64,000 nucleotides of DNA from assembly GCF_006345805.1 (NCBI RefSeq), contig NC_043004.1, positions 100,254,001 to 100,318,000 on the forward strand, in the 5' to 3' direction. Shown here piece by piece: positions 1 to 12,029 of this stretch; positions within the stretch are counted from its first letter, which is position 1, and the number at the start of each line of letters is the position of its first letter. Under the pieces are notes generated by a model. It searched no databases. It was not told the DNA's origin and worked only from the letters and a program-made list of their open reading frames with translations. Source of the DNA: Octopus sinensis. Its lineage: Eukaryota. Position numbers and translations under genes: made by a program.

Positions 1-334
1 GACACTTGTTGTTAATTTTTTTATTTGTAATCATGTTACATGTTCTTCGTTTTTTGCCTTTGTTGTCGTACACATTCGCTTGCTTTCTTCCCAAACAATT
101 AATGCTCTTGGCTTAGACTCTTAGGGGCAGCCAGATTTGAACAGTTTTAAGTGTAATTGCCTGAAACTTTAAGGATAAATTGGTGACTCGACTGATGAGA
201 GGAACTTGCGAATGACCCGTCCTTGACATTTTACTGTCCGTCTTCGCATCGTCTGTCTATCCAAATGTTTTATTGTCGTCTGTTGCGTTCTTGTTACATT
301 TTGTATATATATATATAGATATTATATAATATAG

Positions 335-730
335 ATAAGGGTGTCGAGACCCCACCATTGCCGAAATAGCAGTCAAATCCCTGACTCTAAAGCCCACCTT
401 AAATGTTCATATCGCACCATGAGATAAGATAGAGGGACAAAATAGACTAGCAAAAAGATATTACTGAATAATTCAAGATCCTGGATTTCTAGATTTGCTT
501 TAAATAAGCTTTGCCTTCATCAGTTGAACATATCAGATGGGCTTCCGATATATTCAACTGATGAAGGCAAAGCTAGAAAACCAGGATCTTGAATTATTCA
601 GTAATATCATTTTGCTAGTCTATTTTGTCCCTCTGTCTTAACTCATGGTGTGATATGAACATTTAAGGTGGTCTTTAGAGTCAGGGATTTGACTGCTATT
701 TCGGCATGGTGGTGTCTCAGACGCTCTTAT
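335..730. repeat. ~400-bp palindrome (arms ~335-528 and ~553-730) of a non-coding, probably Penelope-pLTR-type element
   Basis: GCCTTCATCAGTTGAA (513-528) is the reverse complement of TTCAACTGATGAAGGC (553-568). Complementarity continues to the arm ends; the loop is ~24 nt and the left arm abuts a TA-rich tract. Confidence 0.9.
552..594 (+). ncRNA. Hammerhead-ribozyme-like motif, type I, non-canonical helix II; inverted twin at 471-528 on minus
   Basis: ATTCAA-CTGATGA-AGGCAAAGCTA-GAAA-ACCAGG-ATC-TTGAAT: helix I ATTCAA/TTGAAT, AUC cleavage triplet. The minus-strand twin has helix III ATCC-A-GGAT. Confidence 0.55.
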
Positions 731-833
731 TTTTAGTTGTAAAACAATTATTACCTTTGTATGGTATTTTATCCCATGCTGGCCACTTGATAACATCGAT
801 ATTCAAATATCGATATTATCCTTATTTATAATT

Positions 834-864
<31 letters not shown>

Positions 865-874
865 GATTATATAT

Positions 875-945
875 AAATATATTAGAGAGACAAACAACTA
901 TTTTGCAAAACAAACAGGAAAGACTTAATCATACATTGTTTAATA
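875..945 (-). repeat. Inverted copy of the element's 3' terminal (pLTR) sequence placed 5' of the ORF
   Basis: Reverse complement of ~6317-6390 (GTATTGATTAAGTCTTTCC...TTTTGCAAAATAGT...GTCTCTAAT). Confidence 0.8.
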
Positions 946-947
946 AT

Positions 948-3320
948 GTTAAAGATTTTATTTCTAGAATTAAATGGAAAGCTTTTTACTATAATTTTTA
1001 TTTATTTAATGATATTGATAGTGGAATGATAATTTTACCTCTAATTTTAAATCTAGAAGGAACCTCCATTTAATAAAGAATTACAATTACTTGAAGAGAG
1101 TATATGGAAGGTGGTAAAAAATATTGAATTCCATAAATAACCCAAATAGAAATAATGAATATTTAAGGAATTTAGCAATTAAAATTAAAGATATTGATAA
1201 TATGGATGGTATTATAGTACAATCTGATAAAACAAGGAACTTATATAAATTAGATGTTAATTTATATGATAAACTATTAGGGAAGAAATAATTAAAAAAT
1301 AAAATTGTTCCAGATATATTCTTTATAATATTAATAAGGCCTCTAAAGTAGTAATGTTAAAATATGAGTTGGATAATAAACTGAACCTTATGTACCTCTG
1401 CACCACCCCAGAATTACTCTTAAAGACCATAAGATAATTTTTATCAGACCCTAAAGTTAGATTAATTTGCCCATGTAATCGGACCTAGGTAAATTAAGTA
1501 AATTTATTTTAGATAAATATATTGATAAGTTAAATAAACTTAATTATTTAAAATTATGGTTTAGTAATAATAATACATTGAAATGGTTTAATAATATTAA
1601 GATAAAATCGTTATAAATTTATTCAAATAGATATAGATAATTATTATTCTTCTATTAATGAAATTGTGTTTAATAAAGCGCTTATTTTCGCAATGAATAA
1701 AGTGGGCATTCACGGGAAGAAGTTAATTTATTAAAATGGCTAGGAATCGCTAATAAATATAAAAATAAATTATGGGCTAGGAATGATACTAGAGATTTTT
1801 TTGATATACCTATGGGAGCACCAGATTCTGCACACTACTGATTTAGTAGGTATTTTTCTTTTTATCTGAACTCTCCAATTAGAAATTCTTAAGATAAGAG
1901 GTGGTTTATATAGAGACATCTTCTACTAATTACAAAGAATTGTACTAATAGGAATCTAGAAGTATATAAAGAAAAAACTATATAGTTTTCTTTAAAGATA
2001 TGGTTTACGTATTACTATATATAAGGAGAATTATAATGTTAATTATTTAGATGTTAATTTTAATCTTATTACAGGTAAACACCACCATATCATAACTTAA
2101 TGAGAACCTTAGATATATAATGTTAATAGAATCACCCATTTTCTATTAAAAATCGTTGATTAATAATATAAGTAAACGTATTTCATTACTCTCTTATGAT
2201 ATAGAGATTTTTAATAAACATGCTAATTATTATAATGAGGCCCTTAGAGGGGCAGGTTATAATAGGAATATTAAATTTTATAATTTTACGCGATAAAGAT
2301 TTTATTGTTAATTTTCGAGATACTTCTAATAATAATTTTAATTTTGTTAGGTTTAAGTGGTAAAAATAGATATTATAAAAAAAATACTAAAAATGATAAA
2401 AATATAATAAGAATAATATAATAATAATAATATAATAAAATATAATAATAATAAATAAATAAGAATAATATAATAAAAATAAATTTAATAATTATTATAA
2501 TAATTATATTGATAAATAATTAATATTAATAATTCCTTAAATGCTGTACATAGATATAATTCTGATAATTTTTAATAAAATAAAGAATTATAATATATTT
2601 ATAATAATGATAATAATAATAAGTTAATAAGAATAAATTTGGTTATATTTTTCCTTATGGAGATCAGTAAAAACGAATATTATTAAAGAGATTTTAAGAT
2701 GTTATAGAACTATTTATTAGATAATCGTAAATATAGAAACTTTTCTCTTTTAATAATTTTGGAGTTGGTTACTCTACCACTAATAATGTTGGTAACATTA
2801 TTTCTTCATTTAATAAATATAACTGAATAATTTTTATAAAAAGAAATTATTTGATAATAATATTAATATGATAAGACTTATATTAATTGTACATGTATAG
2901 AATAAATCTAATTGTATATTAAATAATAATTGTGATATTAACGATGTAGTGTATAAATGTATAGTTACATTACATGATAATAACTTTAAATAATAATTAC
3001 ACAAAAGCGGTTTATATGTTTCTAGGTTCTCCTTCCTCAAAAATAAAACTAAAATCGCACAACATATGAATTCCTTTTAAAATAAAAACTTAATTAACTC
3101 ACCACGGACTTAGTAGTACATTGGAGTCTTAAATCACTAAATATTAATTATAGTTTAATATGGGAAATAATTTGTAAAACTAAATCATATAATATAGGAG
3201 CTAATTGTTTTTTTATTCTCTAATGAGTTTTAAAGAAATTTTATTTTATAAGTATGATAATTTACTTAATACTGGTGAAGAGCGCAAATAAAATGCAGAC
3301 ACAAGTTCTTTACCTATATA
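948..3320 (+). mobile_element. Degraded Penelope-like retroelement ORF (Naiad-type RT plus C-terminal GIY-YIG endonuclease), many frameshifts
   Basis: Manual translation gives VKDFISRIKWKAFY (948), SDKTRNLYKLD (~1223), ITLKDHK(D)NF, FIQIDIDNYYSSINE (~1618), FDIPMGAPDSA (~1800), LYRD, LDVNFNL, HPFSI, YNEALRGAGY, NCDINDVVYKCIVT (~2930), LIWEII and KCRHK (~3295). These match, in order, motifs I know from Naiad/Chlamys-clade PLEs. Confidence 0.85.
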
Positions 3321-4554
3321 ATAAGTTCATGATAAATAGCAATAATAGTTCCCTTTTAGGTTACTTTAGTTTAGTTTAATTAGTTTAGATAATATATTTT
3401 TGGATTATGTTGTCTAGGCTTTAATTATAGTTAGTCTTTATTGATATTTCTTTGTTTTAATTAGTTCATTTTAATGTATATTAATTTAACAGTTTATGGT
3501 ACGTTAAAACTTTAATAATTTATATTAGATTTTTTTTATTTTTTTATTTTTAATTTTATTTTAGTTTATTATTTATTTTTATTTTGCATTGTTATATGTA
3601 TTGGAGGATATATTTATATTTTTGGGGTGTTATTTAGTGGTGTTTTTATTGAGTTTTGTATGTATGTGGTGAATGTTTAGATCCCTTTGTTTTTTTGTTT
3701 TTTATTTGGTATGTTGAATTGACAGATTTATTTGGGTATTGTCTTTTATAATAAAGTACACACACCCATAACAAATATATTGCCCACTTCATTCGTTGTA
3801 CTTGGGATTGCATGTGAGCCCAGCATATGCACCTAACGGCCACTCCCGCCCCATATGGATAATAAACACATACATCCCCAAAATGGGAGTAATCCCATTC
3901 ACAATCACCCAATTAATATGTATACAATTATACACACTAAATAATCATAACTAACCCAAATATACAGAACATACTAATAATCACCAACTAACCCCATCAC
4001 AAATGAACCCACACCCATACATACAAAACTCCCCCCCATACCCTATTACAAACACCCACATAGTAATCCCAATATATTCATCCATACATGGACGCAAGTG
4101 CGTGAAGCACATGCACATAATTGTACTTACACCCCTAATACACACTAATTATATACGTATCAAGCTCGACCTCCACAGCGATACGTTTACACCCCACTCA
4201 CACACACCCGATGGTGAATTGCACAACCAGTGAATGCTAACACACACGGGCGCGATTACATTGTTGCATATATCGAGCCACAATAGTATGCATATTTACA
4301 TGTGAGGTGTACACGCAAATGAAGTGAGCGTGTACCCCCTGCATTTATACCCGTGCGTGAATATACACATGGAGACTACCATACAGGTACAAATTGTTTT
4401 AGTAATGGGAGCCCCATCACTACACTTAATGTATACTCTCACCCATCCGCACGGATGTGTAAGTGTATCTCCGGTGTATTGTTGAGGCTTATCGTAGCGT
4501 GTGGAAGGGAACGTCGTTTAAATTGTGAATGAATGGTGGAGATGGGAATTGTAA

Positions 4555-6130
4555 CCGGGTGGTGGACTAGCGTTGCTTGGATTGTGAATGGATTAGTTGT
4601 GTAGTGAGGTATGCATCGAGAATAGTTATGGTTACTGTAAGTTGTTTGTTAGAGCTGCTAGGGTGAGCTAAAGCTCATAAATGTATATATATGATTTTCA
4701 TGGTAGTTTTTAAAGAATCCATTCATAATAAATTTTTTTTAAGTTACGTTGGTTTGCTACGTGGATATAGTTTTTAGTTCCATTTATTATATTTCTCCAT
4801 TCATATTTTGAATGACGTTTACTTTCTATGGCTCGTATTCTTTTTTACATAAGTTATTTCTATGGTAACGTAATTTTTTTTTGGTTTTTTAAACGGCTAA
4901 GAATTTATTTCACTTCATAATTTGTAACTGAATTGTAAGTATGTATTTGATTTATCCTTATTCTATTGTTATTTTTGATATCTGGTTAATTACGATGTAT
5001 TTAATGTTGTTTTCATAGGAGTGTTTATGTATATGAGATTGGTTGTGAGTTTTTAGTTGTATAATTATTTATTTATCTGTATGAGTGTGGGTGTGTAAAT
5101 ATTGTTGTATATTCGAGTTTAGTGAGTATGTATAATGCGTATATGTGAGGAGTATATGTATCTGTTGTGTGTGTGGTTTTTGGCGTGTGTGTGGTTTGTG
5201 TGTGAATGTGTATTTGGGTTTGTTATTTAGGTTTTGGGATGTATGTGTTAATTTGTCTGTGTGGGAGGGAGTGGGTTTTTGGTGTATTTTGAGGTTTATA
5301 GTTAGTAATATAGGTTTGTGTATAAGTCTTGGGTCTTGTGGGTTTACGTGTGTGTATTTGTGTGTGAATGTTTAGGTTAGGGGGATTGCTATATAAGTTT
5401 GTTGTAGGGTTTAGCAAAGGGAGATTTTATCGTTATATGCTTTTATGAGTTTTGGTTTATCATGGTTTTTTTAGGTAATTCGTGGTATTTTGTCTATTTT
5501 CAAATGTTGGTTATTTTTTTACATTGTTTCATTCATAATTTTGAGTGGTGTTCGTTTTTTTTTCCACGTGAATAACCGGGTGTGGACTAGCGTTGCTTGG
5601 GAAGTGTGAATGGAATAGTGTAGTAGTGAGGTAGGCATAGAGAATGGGATTGGGTTACTGCAAGTTGTTTTAGAGCTGCTAAGGTGAGTAAAGCTAATAA
5701 ATGTATTTAATGATTTTTGTGGGTGTGTAAGTATTGTTGTATTGTCGAGTTTAGTGAGTATGTATATGCGTATATGTGAGGGAGTATATGTATCTGTTGT
5801 GTGTGCGTGTTTTGCGTGTGTGTGTGTGTGTTTGTGTGTGAATGTGTATATGGGTTTTGTTATTTAGGTTTTGGGATGTATGTGTTAATTTGTCTTGTGG
5901 GGAGGGAGTGGGTGGTTTTTGTTTTGGTTATATTGAGGTTTATAAGTTAGTATAGGTATGTGTATAAGTCGTGGTCTGTGTTACGTGTGTGTATTTGTGT
6001 GTGATGTTTAGGTTAGGGGGATTACTATATAGGTTTGTTTAGTGTTTAGCAAAGGGAGATTTTATTCGTTATATGTTTTTAAGAGTTTTGTTTTATCATG
6101 GTTTTTTGTTTTAGGGAATTCGTGGTAATT
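4555..6130 (+). repeat. Imperfect direct duplication: A 4555-4705 / A' 5575-5720 and B 5085-5560 / B' 5720-6130; strongly C-poor, G/T-rich
   Basis: AACCGGGTG(G)TGGACTAGCGTTGCTTGG and GTGGGTGTGTAA...TCGAGTTTAGTGAGTATGTA each occur twice. Confidence 0.8.
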
Positions 6131-6261
6131 GTCTATATATTTTCGATATGGATTATATATAGGTTATATTGGATTTATATCTTATATTTTTTCATTTATA
6201 CTTTAATTATTTAAAATTATTATTTTTATATTTTAAAATTTGATTTTTTAGATTGGAAGTC

Positions 6262-6299
6262 CACCTGAAGATTGTCGTCAAGACAAAACGATTGTAGTG
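6262..6299 (+). ncRNA. Degenerate hammerhead motif (G12>A) in the PLE 3' pLTR
   Basis: CAC-CTGAAGA-TT-GTC-GTCAA-GAC-[A]AAAC-GATT-GTA-GTG, directly upstream of the terminal sequence that is inverted at 875-945. Confidence 0.55.
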
Positions 6300-6506
6300 C
6301 GTTTTTTTTTGACTATTTATTAAAATTTATGTATTGATTAAGTCTTTCCTTGTTTGTTTTGCAAAATAGTGGTTTTGTCTCTAATAATATTTTATAATTT
6401 TACTATAAATTGGATTTAATCCTAATCTGATTTTTTCCCTGTAAATTTGGATTTATTCCCTAATATTTATTATATATATATATATATATATATATACATA
6501 CATATA

Positions 6507-9500
6507 TACTTTGATACTTTGATAGGTTTTCCGCCACTATTGGCCCAGGCCATGTCTAACTTAATAGCACCCACCTGGTGAAGTCTTTCAAGTCAGAATT
6601 TGGGCACTATGGCCCACTCAAGTAGAGAGTTATTGTTTACAGAGACATATCCGGGTAGGGGGTTTATCCTCGATTTCTTGAAGGAATCTGTCCAAAGACT
6701 TCTTGAACCCTATAGGGTCAGTTTCTGTTAATGTGTTTTGGTGTAATGTTAAAGAGAGCGGGGCCATTGAGGTGAAATAATTGTGCCGTATTGTTGTTAT
6801 GAGATGAGAGTGCGATTTTTGTTTTGGGTGGATGGCACGGGGCCCAAGCTTTGGATGTACCTTAAAGGTGATGCCAACATCATTTGGGCAATGCTAATGG
6901 AATATTTTCCACATCATGCAGATGAGGTAGCGCTCACGACGACGTTGGAGAGAATAAGTTTTGCTTTTCGTTCGCCTACCCATAGTCGAGGCCTGTCATG
7001 CCATCTATCTTTTTTGTGATTGCCCTTTGAGGTGCTTCAAACTTTTATGATACCTTTGTATTGTGTGGGAGACCACAGTGGACAACATATTCAAGGTGGG
7101 GTCGGGCAAAAGTGGAGAAGAAAGGATATGGTGTGGATATCCTCTCGACTGGAAAGTTCTGAGAATCCAGAACACTGCTGCGGGCCATGTCAACTTTGGT
7201 GTTTATATGAGTGGCCCAGCTTACGTTGTTGTCCACAATACTTCCCAAGTCCTCTGATGTTGTTGGACGCCGCGAGAGTTTCACCTGAAGGAAGGGAGTA
7301 TGGGAGTTTCAGGGCATCCCTCCTCTTTTCCAAAGTGGATTAGCTCAAATTTATCCTCGTTCCAGCATATTGTTTTTTTTTTGCTGCCCATGGATAACAG
7401 CCAGTAGATCTGACTGAAGGCATGTCCGGTCACTCGCCTCATTTATGACCTTCTGTAGCTTGGAGTCATCTGCAAAGATGTTTATGTTGCTTGTGCTTGA
7501 TGATGTCCATTATGTCATTAATGTAATGATGAAAAGAAGTGGGCCCAGCACAGTGCCTTGCGGAACGCCACTACTGAGTTTGGCTGGGCTTTGATTTTTT
7601 ACCCCTTCAACTACAACATGTTGAGATCTGTCTGTCAGGAAACACTTAATCCATTTCAGTAACTTCCAGAGACAACCAATGTTGGATAGTTTTTTTCAAT
7701 AGGATCTTGTGATCGACCCTGTCGAAGGCCTTACTGAAATCAAGGTGATGACATCGTGTGTGGAGCCCTCTCCCAAAGCTCTCAAAATGTCCTCAAAGTG
7801 ATGCAGGAGCTGCGTTAGGCAGTTCCCTTCCATTACGGAACCCATGTTGGTTGGAGATCAGCCGTCTGTTGCTTTCCAGAAATTGGGTTTTCGAGATCTC
7901 ACCACCCTCTCAAATACCTTGATGATATGAGAGGTGAGTGAGACGGACGTAATTCACTGCAAGGGACTTGTTTCCCTTTTTGAAAACTGGGACAACAGAC
8001 TGGGACAGAAGGTTTTTTGAATATAGCCAGCATCCAGTGAGTTTCTCCACAGATTAGCAAGGGAGATGCAAGTTGGTGTCGACACACTTCAGGACACAAG
8101 CATGGAACCTATCGGGGCCTACTGCTGATTGTTGTTTTATTTCGTTTATCGCCGCTAACACATCAGGGGCACTAACGTTATGTCCGATATAGTGTTGTTG
8201 GGGGTTGACATCACTGATACAGCCCAGATCGCCATATCAGGATTGCTGAAAACAGAGCATATTGTTTTTTCTGCAGTATCTCCGGCCATGGATTTGGCAT
8301 TATCTTGGAGAGTGCCAGTTTCGTCAATTAGAGGGCCTACGTGGAGACAGTGACCCTGCGTTTCCCCTCGCAAATGAAAAGAACACTTTGGGGTTGATTT
8401 TGATTTTTCAATGGCCCACTTCTCCTCAGCTGATGAGGGTTATTGATGAGGGTCTTCATGCATTGTTGGAGGTTATATTTTTTGTTGGATTCAAGCAGTG
8501 CGATAGCCGTCGAATGTGTGTGTTGCTGTTGGCAGTACTTTAGTTTGTTAATTTTTTTGTTTGTTCTTTTTATTTTTCTGATAATGGTTTTTCTGTTTTG
8601 GGGGATTCTGCACTTTTTGTTCACAGGTCTTGGTGGGGAGTGTTTTGCACATATGTCTGTGACGGTGTCTACAGATCTGCCAAGATGTTTTATGGTTGGT
8701 GGAGATGTGTGTATTGTAAAGGACCAGTCAACATTTGATAGCTCGTTCCTGATTGCATCCCAGTTGGCTTTATGGAGATCCATGTTGTCAATGGGTGGGC
8801 TGGAGGAAGGTCACTAGGATTAGCTTTCGGCTGGTGGAATTTCATGTTACAGAGAACCATGTCATGGTCTGAAAGAAGGGTTTTTTCCACTGTAAAACGT
8901 TATGTATAGTGTTAGTGGGTCTAAACACTAGGTCCAAAATGTTCTGATGTCTTGTTGGTGCAAGGACAAGTTGGGAAAGAAAAACTCATTCGTAAAGTCG
9001 AAAAGTGACTCTGCTGCTTCTTTGTCAGCGGTTGAGGCGGGAGTGCTTGGTTTCAAACATTTTGTAGTCCAGTCAACCAGGGTAGATTGAAGTCTCCCAT
9101 CATGAGTATGTTGCTAGAATGGCACTGTTGAATAAAGCACTTAATGCTGTTGAGGCATTCTTTAAAGCACAGTATGGGTGTTTGGGGCGGCCTATAGAGC
9201 CCAATTACTGTCAGGCAGGTCATTGGCTTTGTTGTGCACGGTGACTGATTCGCAGTAGCCGTTGGAGAATATACTATTTCCATCTGCCGTAAATGAATCA
9301 TGCAGGAAAATGGCAGTTCCACCCTTCCTCCTGCCGATACGATCCGCGCGGATGGTTGTGAAATTCTTCACTCTCACTTCGGCTTCCAAGTGGGAGTTTG
9401 TCAAGGTGGTCTCAGTGAGAATGAAGAAAGGGATGTGGGTGAATGGTTACCACCCAGTCTTCAATGAATTGGACCTTCCATTTTTGTGCATTGATGGAAG

Positions 9501-9650
9501 GGCTGACACCTTGTGCATTGAGTAGGAATGTGGAGGTTAGTGTAGTGGCTGGTTTTGACTGTTGCAGGGGGCTTGGATTTTTTGTGTGTGTTAGTGGCAG
9601 CAATGTGGGGAATTGGTGCACTGGGGTAATAGCATAGGATGGTGTTGAGT
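6507..9650 (-). mobile_element. 5'-truncated non-LTR retrotransposon, APE endonuclease plus RT (CR1/L2/Jockey group), frameshifted
   Basis: APE motifs LLNAQG, RADR..RKGGTAIF, YRPP, GDFN, SDH; RT motifs SHIIKVFE, DFSKAFDRVDH, SGVPQGTVLGPLLF (~7540), FADDSK (~7470); C-terminal YSLQRRRERY (~6930); 3' tail (ATCAAAGT)x2. Confidence 0.93.
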
Positions 9651-10314
9651 GATGGCTAGAATATATATAATGTATCTTTGTATCGATTTCTTTGATAAAA
9701 GCCCTCCAAGGCGTTGCTCCAGCATGGCCACAATCAAATGATTGAAACAAGTAAACGATAAACGATAAAAGAATCGTAATACATTAGTGAGATGTTGCGT
9801 AGCCATTATCATGCATCCCAGGTGTAAAATGCGCCTCTTCGAGAGATTAAGTGTGTCCTTCCTTAGATCCTGCTCTAATATAAGTAATTGAGAGAATGCG
9901 TACCGAAAAGAATGTGTTATTTTCCGAAGTTTACAGACAAAAATAAATCCGGATATATACGGACTGATAAAATAAAGAATGAATGTCGTTCATTTTATTT
10001 TCTGTCTTTTATCTATTTATATATAAACTCTACGGACATTATGGAATTCCTAATGCATATTCAATAGCAAGAGGATTTCTACTGTTCCATCAGGTAGCCA
10101 ATAGTTGTGGACGGGCTTTACATAGCATTCTACAAGGTTTTTTAACCGATTCTTATCTAACACTCATTCACGCACACATATTCACACGCACACATGTTCA
10201 CACGCACGCGCACAAACTCACGCGCACACGCACATACACACACACATATCCACACACACAAACACACATGTATTTATGTGAGAGATAGAGGGAGAGAGAG
10301 CGAAATAGAGAGAG

Positions 10315-10654
10315 AGAGATGGGAAAGAAAGAAAGAAAGAAAGAAAGAAAGAAGAAAGAAAGAAAAGAAAGAAAAAAGAAAGAAAGAAAATAAAAAGAAA
10401 AGAAAGAAAGAAAGAAAGAAGAAAAAAAGAAGAAAGAAGGAAAGAAAGAAGGAAAAAGAAAGAAGGAGAAGAAAAAAAGAAAGAAAAGAAGAAAAAAAGG
10501 AAGAACAGAAAGAAAGAAAAGAGAGAAAAGAAGAAAGAAAGAAAGAAAGAAAAGAAAGAAAGAAAAGAAAGAAAGAAAGAAAAGAAAGAAAGAAAAGAGA
10601 GAAAGAAAGAAAGAAAAGAAAGAAAGAAAAGAAAGAAAGAAAGAAGAAAAGAAA

Positions 10655-10711
<57 letters not shown>

Positions 10712-10730
10712 ACGGAAGAGAGAAACAAAA
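10315..10730 (+). repeat. (GAAA)n-type purine tract
   Basis: Directly visible; it explains the R/K/E- and F/L/S-rich ORFs listed here. Confidence 0.98.
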
Positions 10731-11295
10731 GAAAAATCCAATTCTGAAACGATGTATTTGTGGAAATTCTATAAAGTATCATAAGGATAATTTGTAATTC
10801 AATCTCTTGTGATCTTATGAAATGAGGATATTATTTGGTCATAAGGTAAAAACCTTGCATAATGGATATTTTCATTAATGAAATACGTGTAAAAAATGTA
10901 TTGAATAAAGGCAAAAACGTATCTCGCATATTGCTGACTTTCTTATTACTGTATGTGTTTGTGTACCTACTTATAAAGTCTATTACCAAATGATGTGTTT
11001 TTACATTTTTTTGTTTTTACATATTGAAAGATGGTTGGTATATTTCATTCTCTGATACTTTGAAAACACGTTAATTGTATCCAGAAAAAAATTATCAACA
11101 TTAGGAGTTATTATAGCTACATAGAGCTTGCGTGGGAGGGCAATGATAGTTATGAATTATTGAAAAATTTGAATTAACATAATTGACTTTGGATATTTGT
11201 AGCTCAATGCCAAATTTTTAGGAACAAATTATTTGGTTAATGTCATTGCGCTCTTATCAAAACTGGCGAAGTATATACAGTATATACAGTATATA

Positions 11296-11342
11296 CAGTA
11301 GTACCTCGGTTTTCAAATACCTCTGATCACGAATAAATCGTG

Positions 11343-11388
<46 letters not shown>

Positions 11389-11794
11389 GGATACACGTCG
11401 CACTTTTCAAGCCTTGCCAGGCTCATGGGCCCGGTTTCCTGGTTTCTGTGGCATATGTGTTCCCTCACAGCTGGATAGGACGCCAGTCCATCGTAGCATT
11501 AATCAAGAAACAGGAAGAGAGAGTGAGAGAAGCTGTGGCAAAAGAGTACAACAGGGTTCGCCACCACCCCCTGCCGGAGCCTCGTGGAGCTTTTAGGTGT
11601 TTTCGCTCAATAAACACACAACGCCCGGTCTGGGAATAAAACCGCCAAGTCCGCTGCCCTAACCACTGGGCCATTGCACCTCCACACACACACAGGCACA
11701 CACACACATATATATATATGTATATTTATATATATATATATATATAATATATATATATATACATACACACACATATATATATATATTTATACAT

Positions 11795-11831
<37 letters not shown>

Positions 11832-11922
11832 CACACATATATATATATATATAGATATATATATATATATATACATACACACACATATATATATATATAT
11901 ATAGATATATATATATATACAT

Positions 11923-11982
<60 letters not shown>

Positions 11983-12029
11983 CACCATTTACTCGTGATC
12001 AGAGGCGTTCTTAAATCGAAGTACTACTG
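11296..12029. mobile_element. Non-autonomous Tc1/mariner (pogo/Tigger-like) MITE with ~50-bp TIRs and TA target duplication
   Basis: TA-CAGTAGTACCTCGG...CTCTGATCACGAATAAA at the left end and TTTACTCGTGATCAGAG...CGAAGTACTACTG-TA at the right end. Confidence 0.75.
11388..11695 (-). mobile_element. tRNA-derived SINE (family C) nested in the MITE's (TA)n core
   Basis: Minus strand starts GGAGGTGCAATGGCCCAGTGGTTAGGGCAGCGGAC (A-box). The central GCTACGATGGACTGGCGTCC.ATCCAG resembles a V-SINE-type domain. Confidence 0.7.

Noticed and set aside
186-230. CTGATGA at 192 as a hammerhead core
   Set aside because: It is followed by GAAT rather than GAAA, and helices II and III do not form cleanly.
8428-8460. 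CTGATGAG inside the LINE
   Set aside because: Antisense to LINE coding sequence, with no GAAA or helix partners.
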